Shown here: positions 1 to 7,676 of the stretch, piece by piece | Numbering within the stretch: the stretch's first letter is position 1 | Layout: each line of letters opens with the position of its first letter | Virus record (IMG/VR): IMGVR_UViG_3300032216_000179 | Span: 1-36,069 of that record | Reading direction: 5' to 3' (one strand) | DNA: 36,069 nucleotides | DNA from: a virus | Taxonomy: Duplodnaviria; Caudoviricetes | Position numbers and translations under genes: made by a program | Notes under the pieces: generated by a model | Databases searched by the model: none | What the model saw: the letters and a program-made list of their open reading frames with translations, nothing else | Told to the model about the DNA's origin: nothing

Positions 1-123
1 AGGATACTCTACATCAAGAAATCCAAATCCTACCAATTCGGCAACAACAGGGATTACAGTTGCAACTTCTACAACAACAGACACAGCAGGAACAAGTGGA
101 ACAGGTCAAAACATTCCTCCATA
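1..123. repeat. Terminal overlap, copy 1 (identical to 35947-36069); indicates a circular assembly
   Basis: AGGATACTCTACATCAAG...CATTCCTCCATA occurs at both ends; the repeat lies inside a CDS that reads through the junction. Confidence 0.97.
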
Positions 124-154
124 TTTTGCTCTTTGCTACATTATGAAAAGTTAA
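1..154 (+). CDS. C-terminal part of the tail fibre/collar protein that starts at 35333 (wraps the origin)
   Basis: Frame continues ...GTGQNIPPYFALCYIMKS, stop TAA 152-154; typical collar-type fibre C-terminus (NxPPYxALxYI). Confidence 0.9.
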   Translation, partial: GYSTSRNPNPTNSATTGITVATSTTTDTAGTSGTGQNIPPYFALCYIMKS

Positions 155-156
155 TT

Positions 157-324
157 ATGAATAAACATACACTTTTAGAAGTTGATAGTCGTTTAAGCAC
201 ACACGAAGAAGTATGCGCTTTAAGATATGAAGAAATTGGTGCAAGATTAAAACGTTTAGAAGGTATATTAATGGCAAGTGCAGGCGCTATTATTATTTTA
301 TTATTAAGCATAGTTTTAAAATAA
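157..324 (+). CDS. Small lysis-region membrane protein (coiled coil plus C-terminal TM; holin/XhlA-like)
   Basis: ATG at 157 just after the fibre stop; HEEVCALRYEEIGARLKRLE followed by a hydrophobic C-terminus. Confidence 0.6.
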   Translation: MNKHTLLEVDSRLSTHEEVCALRYEEIGARLKRLEGILMASAGAIIILLLSIVLK

Positions 325-333
325 GGATAAAAA

Positions 334-606
334 ATGGATTTATCTAAATTAACCAGCATGATGTTTCCTGTAATAGTTTCAGCTATTGCATGGATGCTAT
401 CATCACTATCAGGAATGCAAGCTGATCTTATTGATATTAAATCAAAAATGCCAGCTCTTATAACTGCTCAAGGTGTTCCTACTGATAGTCCTTTATCAGC
501 AGAAGCAAGAGGAAAACTTAAAGAAGAATTAAAAGGTCAAATAGCAGAATTATCTATTCGTGTAAGATTATTAGAAGAACATGAAAAAACTAAAGGATAC
601 AAATAA
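334..606 (+). CDS. Hypothetical membrane-anchored protein in the lysis cassette
   Basis: AAGGA RBS, N-terminal TM, C-terminal coiled coil, TAATG coupling to the next gene. Confidence 0.6.
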   Translation: MDLSKLTSMMFPVIVSAIAWMLSSLSGMQADLIDIKSKMPALITAQGVPTDSPLSAEARGKLKEELKGQIAELSIRVRLLEEHEKTKGYK

Positions 607-1091
607 TGTTTAGCATATTGTCAGGCATATTAGGATTTGCAACATCAGGTTTACCAAGCCTACTTGATTTCTTTAAAGCTAAAGGCGATCAATCCCATGA
701 GCGCGAAATGACTGCGTTAATGAATCAACAACAATTAGCCATGGCTGAAAAAGGATTTGCAAGTCAAGAAAAGGTTGAAGCTTTACATCTTGAAGGATTA
801 CAAGCCCAAGCGTTTGCAGACGAAAAAATAGCTCTTTATCAAAATGACACTGAAATGGCTAAAGGTGCATCAAGTTGGATTGTTAATTTAAGATCATCTG
901 TTAGACCTGTAGTTACTTATTTGTTTGTGGCTTTATTATTGTTTGTAGATATTGCTGGGCTAATATGGGCTATTAAATCAGGTGTTGATTTTGCAACTGC
1001 GCTGAATGCAGTATTTAGTGAAACAGAAGAAGCTATATTGACATCTATTATTGGCTTTTGGTTTGGCAGTCAAGCATTTAGCAAGAAATAA
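606..1091 (+). CDS. Putative holin (3TM holin-like family)
   Basis: Amphipathic N-terminus, SSVRPVVTY motif, two C-terminal TMs ending IIGFWFGSQ; directly upstream of the lysozyme. Confidence 0.7.
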   Translation: MFSILSGILGFATSGLPSLLDFFKAKGDQSHEREMTALMNQQQLAMAEKGFASQEKVEALHLEGLQAQAFADEKIALYQNDTEMAKGASSWIVNLRSSVRPVVTYLFVALLLFVDIAGLIWAIKSGVDFATALNAVFSETEEAILTSIIGFWFGSQAFSKK

Positions 1092-1540
1092 TGCGTATAT
1101 CTGATCGTGGCATTAAACTTATTAAACACTTTGAGGGTGTTCGTAATCATCCCTATCTTGATTGTGTTGGGCTTTACACTGTTGGCGTGGGTCATCTTAT
1201 TGGGAATGGTAAATCACTGCCTGAATCTTGGAATAAAACTTTTACAGACGCAGAAATAGATGCGTTATTAATTAAAGACCTTGAAAAATTTGAAAAAGGT
1301 ATTGCAAAATTATTTCCTTTGTCTTTTAAATTTACGCAGGGGATGTATGACAGTTTATGTTCTTTTTCTTTTAATCTAGGATTAGGGACATTGCAGCGTT
1401 CTACTGTTCGTTCTGCTTTATTGCGTGGCGATAAAAAAATGGCAGGTGAATCTTTATTGAAATACTGTCGTGCAGGTGGTAAAGTATTAAAAGGGCTTCA
1501 AGTAAGACGGCAAACAGAATATAATTTATTAATGAAATAG
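1091..1540 (+). CDS. Endolysin, GH24 lysozyme
   Basis: IKHFEG...YLDCVGLYTVGVGH gives the E-x8-D-x5-T catalytic triad; FSFNLG; GLQVRRQTE. Confidence 0.93.
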   Translation: MRISDRGIKLIKHFEGVRNHPYLDCVGLYTVGVGHLIGNGKSLPESWNKTFTDAEIDALLIKDLEKFEKGIAKLFPLSFKFTQGMYDSLCSFSFNLGLGTLQRSTVRSALLRGDKKMAGESLLKYCRAGGKVLKGLQVRRQTEYNLLMK

Positions 1541-1548
1541 GAAAAACA

Positions 1549-1719
1549 ATGGCTACCAATATGAAATTAGAAGAATTAGAACCTTCAATCCGTCACGAAC
1601 AAAAAGAAATGGTTATGATGAAGGATTGGCAAAAAGAAGAAGCTAAAGTAAACAAATTGGCTGCGGAATTAAAAGCTCACGAAAAAGCGCCAATGTCTAA
1701 AGCACACCCAAAGAAATAA
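1549..1719 (+). CDS. Hypothetical 56-aa protein (not in the ORF track)
   Basis: AGGA RBS; MATNMKLEELEPSIRHEQ...KAHPKK; TAATG coupling to the next ORF. Confidence 0.65.
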   Translation: MATNMKLEELEPSIRHEQKEMVMMKDWQKEEAKVNKLAAELKAHEKAPMSKAHPKK

Positions 1720-1829
1720 TGGATGAATTTAGTTTTGCATGTGTGGCGTTTGTTACTACTATGTGCCTTCTTTGTATTATCAGTTTACCTTTACGTTTCA
1801 TTTTAGATTACGTTATTTGCTATTGGTAA
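1719..1829 (+). CDS. Hypothetical 36-aa hydrophobic, Cys-rich peptide
   Basis: MDEFSFACVAFVTTMCLLCIISLPLRFILDYVICYW; translationally coupled; 3' end overlaps the convergent gene. Confidence 0.45.
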   Translation: MDEFSFACVAFVTTMCLLCIISLPLRFILDYVICYW

Positions 1830-2073
1830 GTCGTTCCGATACTAAATTAGCGTAACCTGCAATATCATCCCAATGGTCAGCATAGTTGGGATCACCATAT
1901 AAAATTCTGCTTAACTTAACTAAAATCATGTGGATTGCTTCTTTTTGATCCGCCTCTAATTCGTTCCAGGCATTTTTACTGATAATTTCTTGAACTTTCT
2001 CAATAAACTGTGCTTTTGCCATAAAATCACCATGAGTTACTTCACGTTCTGTCAATATAGGGCTATTTCGCAT
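1813..2073 (-). CDS. DUF6378-like phage protein
   Basis: Likely start MRNSP at 2073; ILTERxxTHGDF...KLSRILYGDPNYADHWDDIAGYA pattern. Confidence 0.7.
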   Translation of the reverse strand: MRNSPILTEREVTHGDFMAKAQFIEKVQEIISKNAWNELEADQKEAIHMILVKLSRILYGDPNYADHWDDIAGYANLVSERLTNSK

Positions 2074-2074
2074 T

Positions 2075-2419
2075 TTAAAGCCTTTTGGGGTCGAAACCAT
2101 AAATATTGGATACTTGGTCAGCCAACTTATAAAAAGCTTTGCCATGGGCATCCCAATGCTTGTAACCTTTGTTATAAAGGGTTAGGTGACACATTTCATG
2201 CAATAAAGTTTCAGAAACCGTAGAAAAATGTAAACAACGACCTTTTGAGATTTCTATGGTTAATTCAGGGTCGCAATTAAAATATCCATAAGCCGAAGGA
2301 TCGTTAATCACTTTCCATTTAATTTTTGTTGCTGTGGGTAAATCGTATCGGTCAAAAGGTGGCATGAGTCTAAACGCTGAATACAAGGCTGCAATATATT
2401 TAGCGCTCAATAATGTCAT
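2075..2419 (-). CDS. SprT-like zinc metalloprotease
   Basis: TLLHEMCH (HExxH) plus downstream HGKAF motif typical of the SprT family. Confidence 0.8.
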   Translation of the reverse strand: MTLLSAKYIAALYSAFRLMPPFDRYDLPTATKIKWKVINDPSAYGYFNCDPELTIEISKGRCLHFSTVSETLLHEMCHLTLYNKGYKHWDAHGKAFYKLADQVSNIYGFDPKRL

Positions 2420-2422
2420 TTT

Positions 2423-3652
2423 TTAACCCTTCCAACTAACCCATTCTGATTTATCTGAATTTTCAAACGATACATCCACGTTGACAGGCATTGAAAAAGT
2501 AATGCCATGATAAGGATGCGTTATCCATAAAGCTTGCCTTGGTGGTTCAAACCCAAAGTTATTGCTATACGCATATTCACAATACCCTTTTAGCGATCCA
2601 TTTACAATCAATCTTTCTAATTGTATTAATTGGTGAAAATGACCGATTATCATAGTATCGTATTCCATATCAATTTGGGCGTTTCTAGACCTCTTTTTAT
2701 GGTCACCACGAATAATAGGGCCTAATGCACCAATGACTCCGTCACCGCCTCTAAATTGATCGCCATGCGTTAATAAATACTTATGGTTGTAAATAGCATA
2801 TAAAGCGTCAGGGCCATCAGGTATATGAAAAGATACTCGGCTATCGGTTTCAAAGTGTTTAGCTAGGAATTGGTAGGTAAGCCAATCAAAAGAAGTAAAG
2901 TTACGACCTTTGTTTCTAATCTTGTGAGTGTTACGGCCATGATTACCGCCTACGCATGGCACAAATACTTTGCCAAAATGATCTGCCAAGGCAGATATGC
3001 ACCAAATTAGCACACCAAACAAGTCTATAACTACAGGCATAATCTCTGCGTCATTGGTGGCCATCAACTCTTCGTGGATGTCACCTGATACCATATCACC
3101 GCCTAAAGCAAATACAATGCCTGGATACTTTGGATTGACCATGTGATTATTTAAAAGGTCAATAGCGACCTCAATCATTTTTTTAGCTCGCTTATGAGCT
3201 ATTTTCATATTATATGAATTGACATTATTAACTTGGTTAGGGTCAACGTTTTCGCCCCAATGCCAATCTGATGCAAACAATGTAGGAACACCTGGCGCTG
3301 ATTTACTTGAACCTGGCTTTGTTAGCCATGCAGGTGGTGAAGGCTTTTTTTCAGCCATTTTAAGAATTTTAGTTTTAACATAATTCTCACTTAATACGTC
3401 ACGATTGAAAGCTGATATTTGTGCTTCTAGGGTTCGTATCTTATCTTTAAGGGCTACTTCAGGTGGGATGTTTGTAATCAGTTCTTTTTCTTTTTGAATT
3501 TCACCTGTCATGCCAGCTAATTTAGCTGCTTTAAGTCTAGCTTGATAACAAGCTCTTTTTAGTCCTAATGATTCAGCTGCTTTTGTTTCATTAAAATTTG
3601 CATCTTTAAAAGCTTTTACCGCCTCCAACAACTGATCTTTAGTCAACGACAT
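2423..3652 (-). CDS. Calcineurin-like metallophosphoesterase with N-terminal HTH/coiled coil
   Basis: Motifs SDWHWG, GGDMVSG, GNHGR, THGD, GHFH; N-terminal NETKAAESLGL is Fis-type HTH-like. Confidence 0.85.
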   Translation of the reverse strand: MSLTKDQLLEAVKAFKDANFNETKAAESLGLKRACYQARLKAAKLAGMTGEIQKEKELITNIPPEVALKDKIRTLEAQISAFNRDVLSENYVKTKILKMAEKKPSPPAWLTKPGSSKSAPGVPTLFASDWHWGENVDPNQVNNVNSYNMKIAHKRAKKMIEVAIDLLNNHMVNPKYPGIVFALGGDMVSGDIHEELMATNDAEIMPVVIDLFGVLIWCISALADHFGKVFVPCVGGNHGRNTHKIRNKGRNFTSFDWLTYQFLAKHFETDSRVSFHIPDGPDALYAIYNHKYLLTHGDQFRGGDGVIGALGPIIRGDHKKRSRNAQIDMEYDTMIIGHFHQLIQLERLIVNGSLKGYCEYAYSNNFGFEPPRQALWITHPYHGITFSMPVNVDVSFENSDKSEWVSWKG

Positions 3653-3759
3653 ATATGAGTTCCAAATAAAAGTTCAAGCATAAAAAAAGTGCCGATTAAT
3701 AAACCAGCACATCCACAAAACATTAAGCACTTTACTATAAAATCTATTACTTCTTCCAT
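3643..3759 (-). CDS. Hypothetical 38-aa membrane peptide (not in the ORF track)
   Basis: MEEVIDFIVKCLMFCGCAGLLIGTFFMLELLFGTHICR fills the gap and overlaps both neighbours. Confidence 0.55.
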   Translation of the reverse strand: MEEVIDFIVKCLMFCGCAGLLIGTFFMLELLFGTHICR

Positions 3760-4022
3760 TTTTGATTATCTTTATGTTTTATTTCAATAAACTTCACATC
3801 TTTCAGCAAATTTGTTCTGCCGTCAAATATTAATTTAATATTGCAAGATATTTGTCTTTCTTTATTGTTAGAAGATAGAAAACTTGCATAACCTTTTTTA
3901 CCACGATAAACGTAATAATCTAATGAAACATCTTTAGGTGGGTTTTGCAATTTTGTTGGATTTAATACTGATTGAACATCCAATCCATTAAGTTGTTTGG
4001 CATATAACTCAATATTGAGCAT
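3747..4022 (-). CDS. Hypothetical protein
   Basis: GGAGG RBS upstream; fits the operon packing. Confidence 0.65.
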   Translation of the reverse strand: MLNIELYAKQLNGLDVQSVLNPTKLQNPPKDVSLDYYVYRGKKGYASFLSSNNKERQISCNIKLIFDGRTNLLKDVKFIEIKHKDNQKWKK

Positions 4023-4398
4023 ATTTTGTTTCCTCCATTTTGTAAAAAATCATGTGCGACCATTGAACAGTCTTTTTAAGTTTAAACCATGATTGAGGTT
4101 TTGAGATTGAATTGTCGTGAAAATTAGTTGCGCCTTGGGAATAGTCAGGCTCTAACTTGTGCATGATGCGATATGCAAGATCAAGAAAGTAGGGTTTAAT
4201 TTCTTTGTGTTCAGGTGGTTTGACTTTTCCATACCAAGTAAATTGATACGGCTTTTTCATTTCATTACACACCTGTTGTGGATCAAAGTCAGCTCGACGC
4301 ATTAATACATAGCCAACTCCAATTTGTGCTTCTTTGCGTTCTAGATTGCTTTCCATGTAAATGGTTTGCGCTAGACATAGCAAGGCTTGGTCAATCAT
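4009..4398 (-). CDS. SleB/CwlJ-like cell wall hydrolase (Hydrolase_2)
   Basis: Likely start MIDQALLCLAQTIYMES with AGGGG RBS; PYQFTW, DYSQGATNFH, HMIFYK motifs. Confidence 0.85.
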   Translation of the reverse strand: MIDQALLCLAQTIYMESNLERKEAQIGVGYVLMRRADFDPQQVCNEMKKPYQFTWYGKVKPPEHKEIKPYFLDLAYRIMHKLEPDYSQGATNFHDNSISKPQSWFKLKKTVQWSHMIFYKMEETKYAQY

Positions 4399-4429
4399 AA
4401 ATGATCCCCTTGTGTTGTTGCCAGCGGAT

Positions 4430-4438
4430 ATTATAACA
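4430..4438 (-). promoter_or_regulatory. Extended -10 promoter (TGTTATAAT) for the 4398-1813 cassette
   Basis: Perfect TGnTATAAT on the minus strand in the 49-bp gap between the exonuclease and the hydrolase. Confidence 0.6.
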
Positions 4439-4447
4439 TTATTCAAT

Positions 4448-5077
4448 TTATACTCGGTTTTCCATGAGTTTTGTTTCATGTGCAACCTCTTCTAAAAATG
4501 TTTTTACTTCATTTTCCATGTCATCAATAAAAGAAGCGTCACGTTGCAACCTTGCTATAAAATATTGACTACCTTCAGGCATACGACTGTCAAAAGAAAA
4601 GAAGTCGCACCATTCAGCACCTGTGCAAGCCATCTGCGCCATCATTTGAATTTTATATTTTGTTGGTGGTTCACCAGCTTTAATATATGACCAATGCGTA
4701 GCACTATTAGGATTCTTAATTTCCAACAAATTATATGTGCCATCATTGTTTCTAATAATGCCATCAGGTGAGCAACCAAACCATTCAATTGTTTTGTGTT
4801 TTACAAAAGGCAACTCCTCAACAAAGGCTTTAGTAATTTGCTGATATGCTTCACGTGCTTTTGGTTCTTCTTCAGTCCCACGAATCATGGCTTCATTTTT
4901 AAATGTTTCTTCAACAACACCTGTGACTCGTTGAATAGCCAACTCAATTAAATAATTTTGCCGACTAGCACTTGGGCCTGTTTTAGTTTTAGCTAATATA
5001 TCTGCAACCTTTGATGCTGTGACAAAGCCTCTACGCATTTCTAACCATTCTTGGCTGCCTTGAATAATGTCAGTCAT
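4448..5077 (-). CDS. YqaJ-like (lambda exonuclease family) recombination exonuclease
   Basis: QGSQEWLEMRRGFVTAS, GCSPDG, LEIKNP, YKIQMMAQM. Confidence 0.93.
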   Translation of the reverse strand: MTDIIQGSQEWLEMRRGFVTASKVADILAKTKTGPSASRQNYLIELAIQRVTGVVEETFKNEAMIRGTEEEPKAREAYQQITKAFVEELPFVKHKTIEWFGCSPDGIIRNNDGTYNLLEIKNPNSATHWSYIKAGEPPTKYKIQMMAQMACTGAEWCDFFSFDSRMPEGSQYFIARLQRDASFIDDMENEVKTFLEEVAHETKLMENRV

Positions 5078-5288
5078 TATTAGCCTCCAACTTGTATTCA
5101 GCCACTACGCAAACTTCTTTAAATCTATTCTTAACTTTTTTATTAGTAGTTGTTATTTCATAACCTTTTTTGCGTAAATTAAAAACAGTATCGGCTAATC
5201 GATAGATGCCTAATTGAGTCCATGCTTTTAATGGATCAATCTTGCCATGCGTTTGTAAATATTCCGTTAAGCGTTCTTGCTGATTCAT
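5070..5288 (-). CDS. Small winged helix-turn-helix protein
   Basis: MNQQERLTEYLQTHGKIDPLKAW..LGIYRLA..VFNLRKKGY.I; GGAGG RBS. Confidence 0.75.
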   Translation of the reverse strand: MNQQERLTEYLQTHGKIDPLKAWTQLGIYRLADTVFNLRKKGYEITTTNKKVKNRFKEVCVVAEYKLEANND

Positions 5289-5289
5289 A

Positions 5290-5820
5290 CTATGCCTCCA
5301 ATTCATTTTTACGATCAGTTAAATAAGTCTTTAATTTTGCTAAAGACACCTTGTCAAACTTTGTTGAAGCTTCTTTATAAATACCCATCAATTCATCAAC
5401 GGAATCTGCTTTGTTGATTTGTTTAATAACATTTTCAAGATCATCTTGTGAAGCTGGTTCTTCTTCAGGAAGATCAGACCCACTATAAATATATAAACCA
5501 ATGCCAAAACAAGCAATACATTTTGCAAGACATCTCATTGAGCTGTCAGATATTTTACGAGCATCAGGATTTTTAATAGCTTGATTGCGATGATCCATAA
5601 CAGGTAATTGCATTTTCATGGTTTTACCAAGAGCTGAAACATTGCAATAAACCATCATAGTATCGTTATAAGTTTTTGGTTCAGGAAATTCCCATGTTGC
5701 CATAGGATCATTTTGAAGTAATGTATCAACTGCCCATGCCCATGAAAGATATGTTAAGTTGCCTTTTTTTTCCGTATATTCATTAACGTTAATCTTTCTT
5801 AATTCATTATATGTAGTCAT
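5290..5820 (-). CDS. Sak/Rad52-like single-strand annealing protein (DUF1071-like)
   Basis: EKKGNLTYLSWAWA, LPVMDHRN, RCLAKCIACFGIGLYIY; adjacent to the exonuclease. Confidence 0.85.
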   Translation of the reverse strand: MTTYNELRKINVNEYTEKKGNLTYLSWAWAVDTLLQNDPMATWEFPEPKTYNDTMMVYCNVSALGKTMKMQLPVMDHRNQAIKNPDARKISDSSMRCLAKCIACFGIGLYIYSGSDLPEEEPASQDDLENVIKQINKADSVDELMGIYKEASTKFDKVSLAKLKTYLTDRKNELEA

Positions 5821-5915
5821 CTACCGCTCCTTAATTGTTTTGCTAATTGAATAGCTTTTCTAAATTTAAATCCTTTTGAGTATAAAAAAATAACATCCCT
5901 AATATAGTTAATCAT
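5817..5915 (-). CDS. Hypothetical 32-aa basic peptide
   Basis: MINYIRDVIFLYSKGFKFRKAIQLAKQLRSGR; ATGA overlaps at both ends. Confidence 0.55.
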   Translation of the reverse strand: MINYIRDVIFLYSKGFKFRKAIQLAKQLRSGR

Positions 5916-6196
5916 AGGAAATCCCCATGTGAATGACCCATGTCATACATTTCGTCAAAAGGGCCTTGATACACATTATTTTCTTGGAACTTTTTTTCTG
6001 TAATATCCATCGCTTTCTCAAACAAAGTATTACTTAATGATTTGGCAAAGATATTAACGCTTAACATATCGCCACGTTCATTAGCCCAATATATAGCTCT
6101 AATCGTGCCAGCTATTTGGTCTAGGTCTATTTGATTAATAATTTCCAACGGATCAGTATCTATTAAGTCTTGTGCATATTCTTCGTGCATATTCAT
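5912..6196 (-). CDS. Hypothetical acidic early protein
   Basis: Likely start MNMHEE at 6196 after a GGAG RBS. Confidence 0.7.
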   Translation of the reverse strand: MNMHEEYAQDLIDTDPLEIINQIDLDQIAGTIRAIYWANERGDMLSVNIFAKSLSNTLFEKAMDITEKKFQENNVYQGPFDEMYDMGHSHGDFL

Positions 6197-6197
6197 A

Positions 6198-6308
6198 TTA
6201 AGCTCCAAAGTGTTTAGAAAGGATTGGGAATAAAACATACAACCATAAAGCCATGTAAGCCAATGTGGCAGTAGCAAAGATGCAAGATTTGATAAAGTCG
6301 TGTTTCAT
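6198..6308 (-). CDS. Hypothetical 36-aa membrane peptide, first gene of the leftward operon
   Basis: MKHDFIKSCIFATATLAYMALWLYVLFPILSKHFGA; GGAGG RBS. Confidence 0.65.
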   Translation of the reverse strand: MKHDFIKSCIFATATLAYMALWLYVLFPILSKHFGA

Positions 6309-6337
6309 AATTCCTCCATAAATATAAAAAACTACAC

Positions 6338-6369
6338 TTGCATAATAACAAATTGTTATGTAGAGTCAA
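6338..6369. promoter_or_regulatory. Overlapping divergent sigma70 promoters
   Basis: Leftward TTGACT(6369-6364)-N16-TATTAT(6347-6342) with TG extension; rightward TTGCAT(6338-6343)-N17-TAGAGT(6361-6366). Confidence 0.6.
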
Positions 6370-6390
6370 CACATATTTAACAAATTGTTA
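6346..6390. promoter_or_regulatory. Two identical 13-bp palindromic operators TAACAAATTGTTA (6346-6358 and 6378-6390)
   Basis: Exact repeat, self-complementary except the central base, 32 bp apart, at the strand switch. Confidence 0.8.
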
Positions 6391-6416
6391 GATTATTTAA
6401 GAAAAGGGCAAAATAG

Positions 6417-6593
6417 ATGAAAGATTGCGAAATTATCGAGTTTTACGGAGGTTCAAAGGCTTTGTGCAAGCTTTTAGGCCTGGAGGGTCAACATTCTGAA
6501 ATAAGGGTGCATCAATGGAAAAAACGAGGGATTCCAGCGGCCATTAAGCTGAAATACCCTGAAATCTTTCTAAAACGCAAATTTAAAGAATAG
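6417..6593 (+). CDS. Cro-like HTH regulator, 58 aa (not in the ORF track)
   Basis: MKDCEIIEFYGGSKALCKLLGL...RVHQWKKRGIP; first rightward gene. Confidence 0.8.
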   Translation: MKDCEIIEFYGGSKALCKLLGLEGQHSEIRVHQWKKRGIPAAIKLKYPEIFLKRKFKE

Positions 6594-6600
6594 AGGCTAT

Positions 6601-7242
6601 ATGCACTACTTTCAGCACAATATAGCCGATTACCGAAAAGACACCGCTCATTTAACTTTACTTGAACATGGCGTATATAGGCAACTGCTAGATCAATACT
6701 ACCTAAACGAAAAACCTTTACCTTTAGATCAAGATAAATTGATGCGGTTACTTTGTGCCAGGTCAGAAGGCGAAATAAGGGCAGTTTTAAGCGTTTTGAG
6801 CGACTTTTTTGAGAAAACGGAGCTAGGGTATATCCATAAACGATGTGACGCTGAAATCGAGGCATTTCAATTTAAACAGGTTAAGGCGGTTGCAGCAGCT
6901 AACAAAAGGTGGAATAATGCAGACGCATTGCAAACGCATAGCGAACCCAATGCTAACCATAAACCAATAACCATTAACCATAAACCATTAACCAATATAA
7001 AACCATTGTCCGATTTTGATACATTTTGGATTGAATATCCTAAAAAAGTAGGTAAAGAAGCAGCTAGGAAAGCTTGGTTAAAAAATAAGCCTGATTTAGA
7101 TACAGTTCTTAATTCACTTAAATGGCAAAAGGTTAGTCCGCAATGGTTTAAAAACAATGGCCTTTATATACCCAATCCTAGCACTTGGATAAACCAACAT
7201 CGGTGGGAAGATGAGAAACCAAACGAAGGGAGTCCGTTTTGA
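6601..7242 (+). CDS. Replication initiator (YdaU/DUF1376-like, lambda O analogue)
   Basis: YFQHNIADYRKDTAHLTLLEHGVYRQLLDQYY; C-terminal FDTFW.EYPKKVGK and YIPNPSTWINQ.RWEDE; internal iterons. Confidence 0.88.
   Translation: MHYFQHNIADYRKDTAHLTLLEHGVYRQLLDQYYLNEKPLPLDQDKLMRLLCARSEGEIRAVLSVLSDFFEKTELGYIHKRCDAEIEAFQFKQVKAVAAANKRWNNADALQTHSEPNANHKPITINHKPLTNIKPLSDFDTFWIEYPKKVGKEAARKAWLKNKPDLDTVLNSLKWQKVSPQWFKNNGLYIPNPSTWINQHRWEDEKPNEGSPF
6921..7006 (+). repeat. Probable replication origin iterons inside the initiator gene
   Basis: Three degenerate 11-mers (AGACGCATTGC, AAACGCATAGC, GAACCCAATGC) followed by six tandem 7-mers WAACCAW (6954-6995) and one more at 7000-7006. Confidence 0.75.
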
Positions 7243-7676
7243 TAGAAACAATTGAGGAAATGAAAGCATTTAAATCTATGCTCAATAGTTTGACATCCAT
7301 TTACTCAAGACCTGAACTTGATCGTGAAACTTTAAGAGTTTGGTGGATGAAGCTTGATGATTATGATTTTAATGTAGTAAGCAAGGCTTTTGATAGCTGG
7401 GTTGATAAGAATAAATTTATGCCAACAATATTTGACATAGTTTCTTTATGCAAATTATCCAAGCCTAAAGAATATATAAAAATGCTACCTAAAAATCCTA
7501 CACCATACGAAATTTTACATAACAAAGAAAAGGCAAAGGAACTAATATCCAAAGTTGTATTAAAACCAACTGATCCTAAAGCTTGGGCTAAAAGAATATT
7601 AGAACGTCAAGCAAAAGGTGAATATAGATTTGATCTTGGTGTTAAGTTTGCCAAAGAGGCTTTGAGAGTTAAATGA
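7239..7676 (+). CDS. Putative helicase loader/inhibitor-type replication protein
   Basis: Follows the initiator; WWMKLDDYDF..V.KAFD.W....KFMPTIFDI pattern resembles G39P/lambda-P-position proteins. Confidence 0.6.
   Translation: MIETIEEMKAFKSMLNSLTSIYSRPELDRETLRVWWMKLDDYDFNVVSKAFDSWVDKNKFMPTIFDIVSLCKLSKPKEYIKMLPKNPTPYEILHNKEKAKELISKVVLKPTDPKAWAKRILERQAKGEYRFDLGVKFAKEALRVK

Noticed and set aside
1-123. Biological direct terminal repeat
   Set aside because: It lies mid-gene and has the size of an assembler overlap; the terminase type fits headful packaging with circular permutation
1990-2223. Plus-strand 77-aa ORF and other short antisense ORFs in the track
   Set aside because: They overlap better-supported genes on the opposite strand and lack an RBS or motifs
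6512-6865. 117-aa minus-strand ORF as a possible CI repressor
   Set aside because: Antisense to cro and the initiator, with no HTH or S24 peptidase motif; a shadow ORF
6954-6995. Tandem repeats as a mini-CRISPR or contingency locus
   Set aside because: No spacers, and the units are degenerate; the position fits an origin
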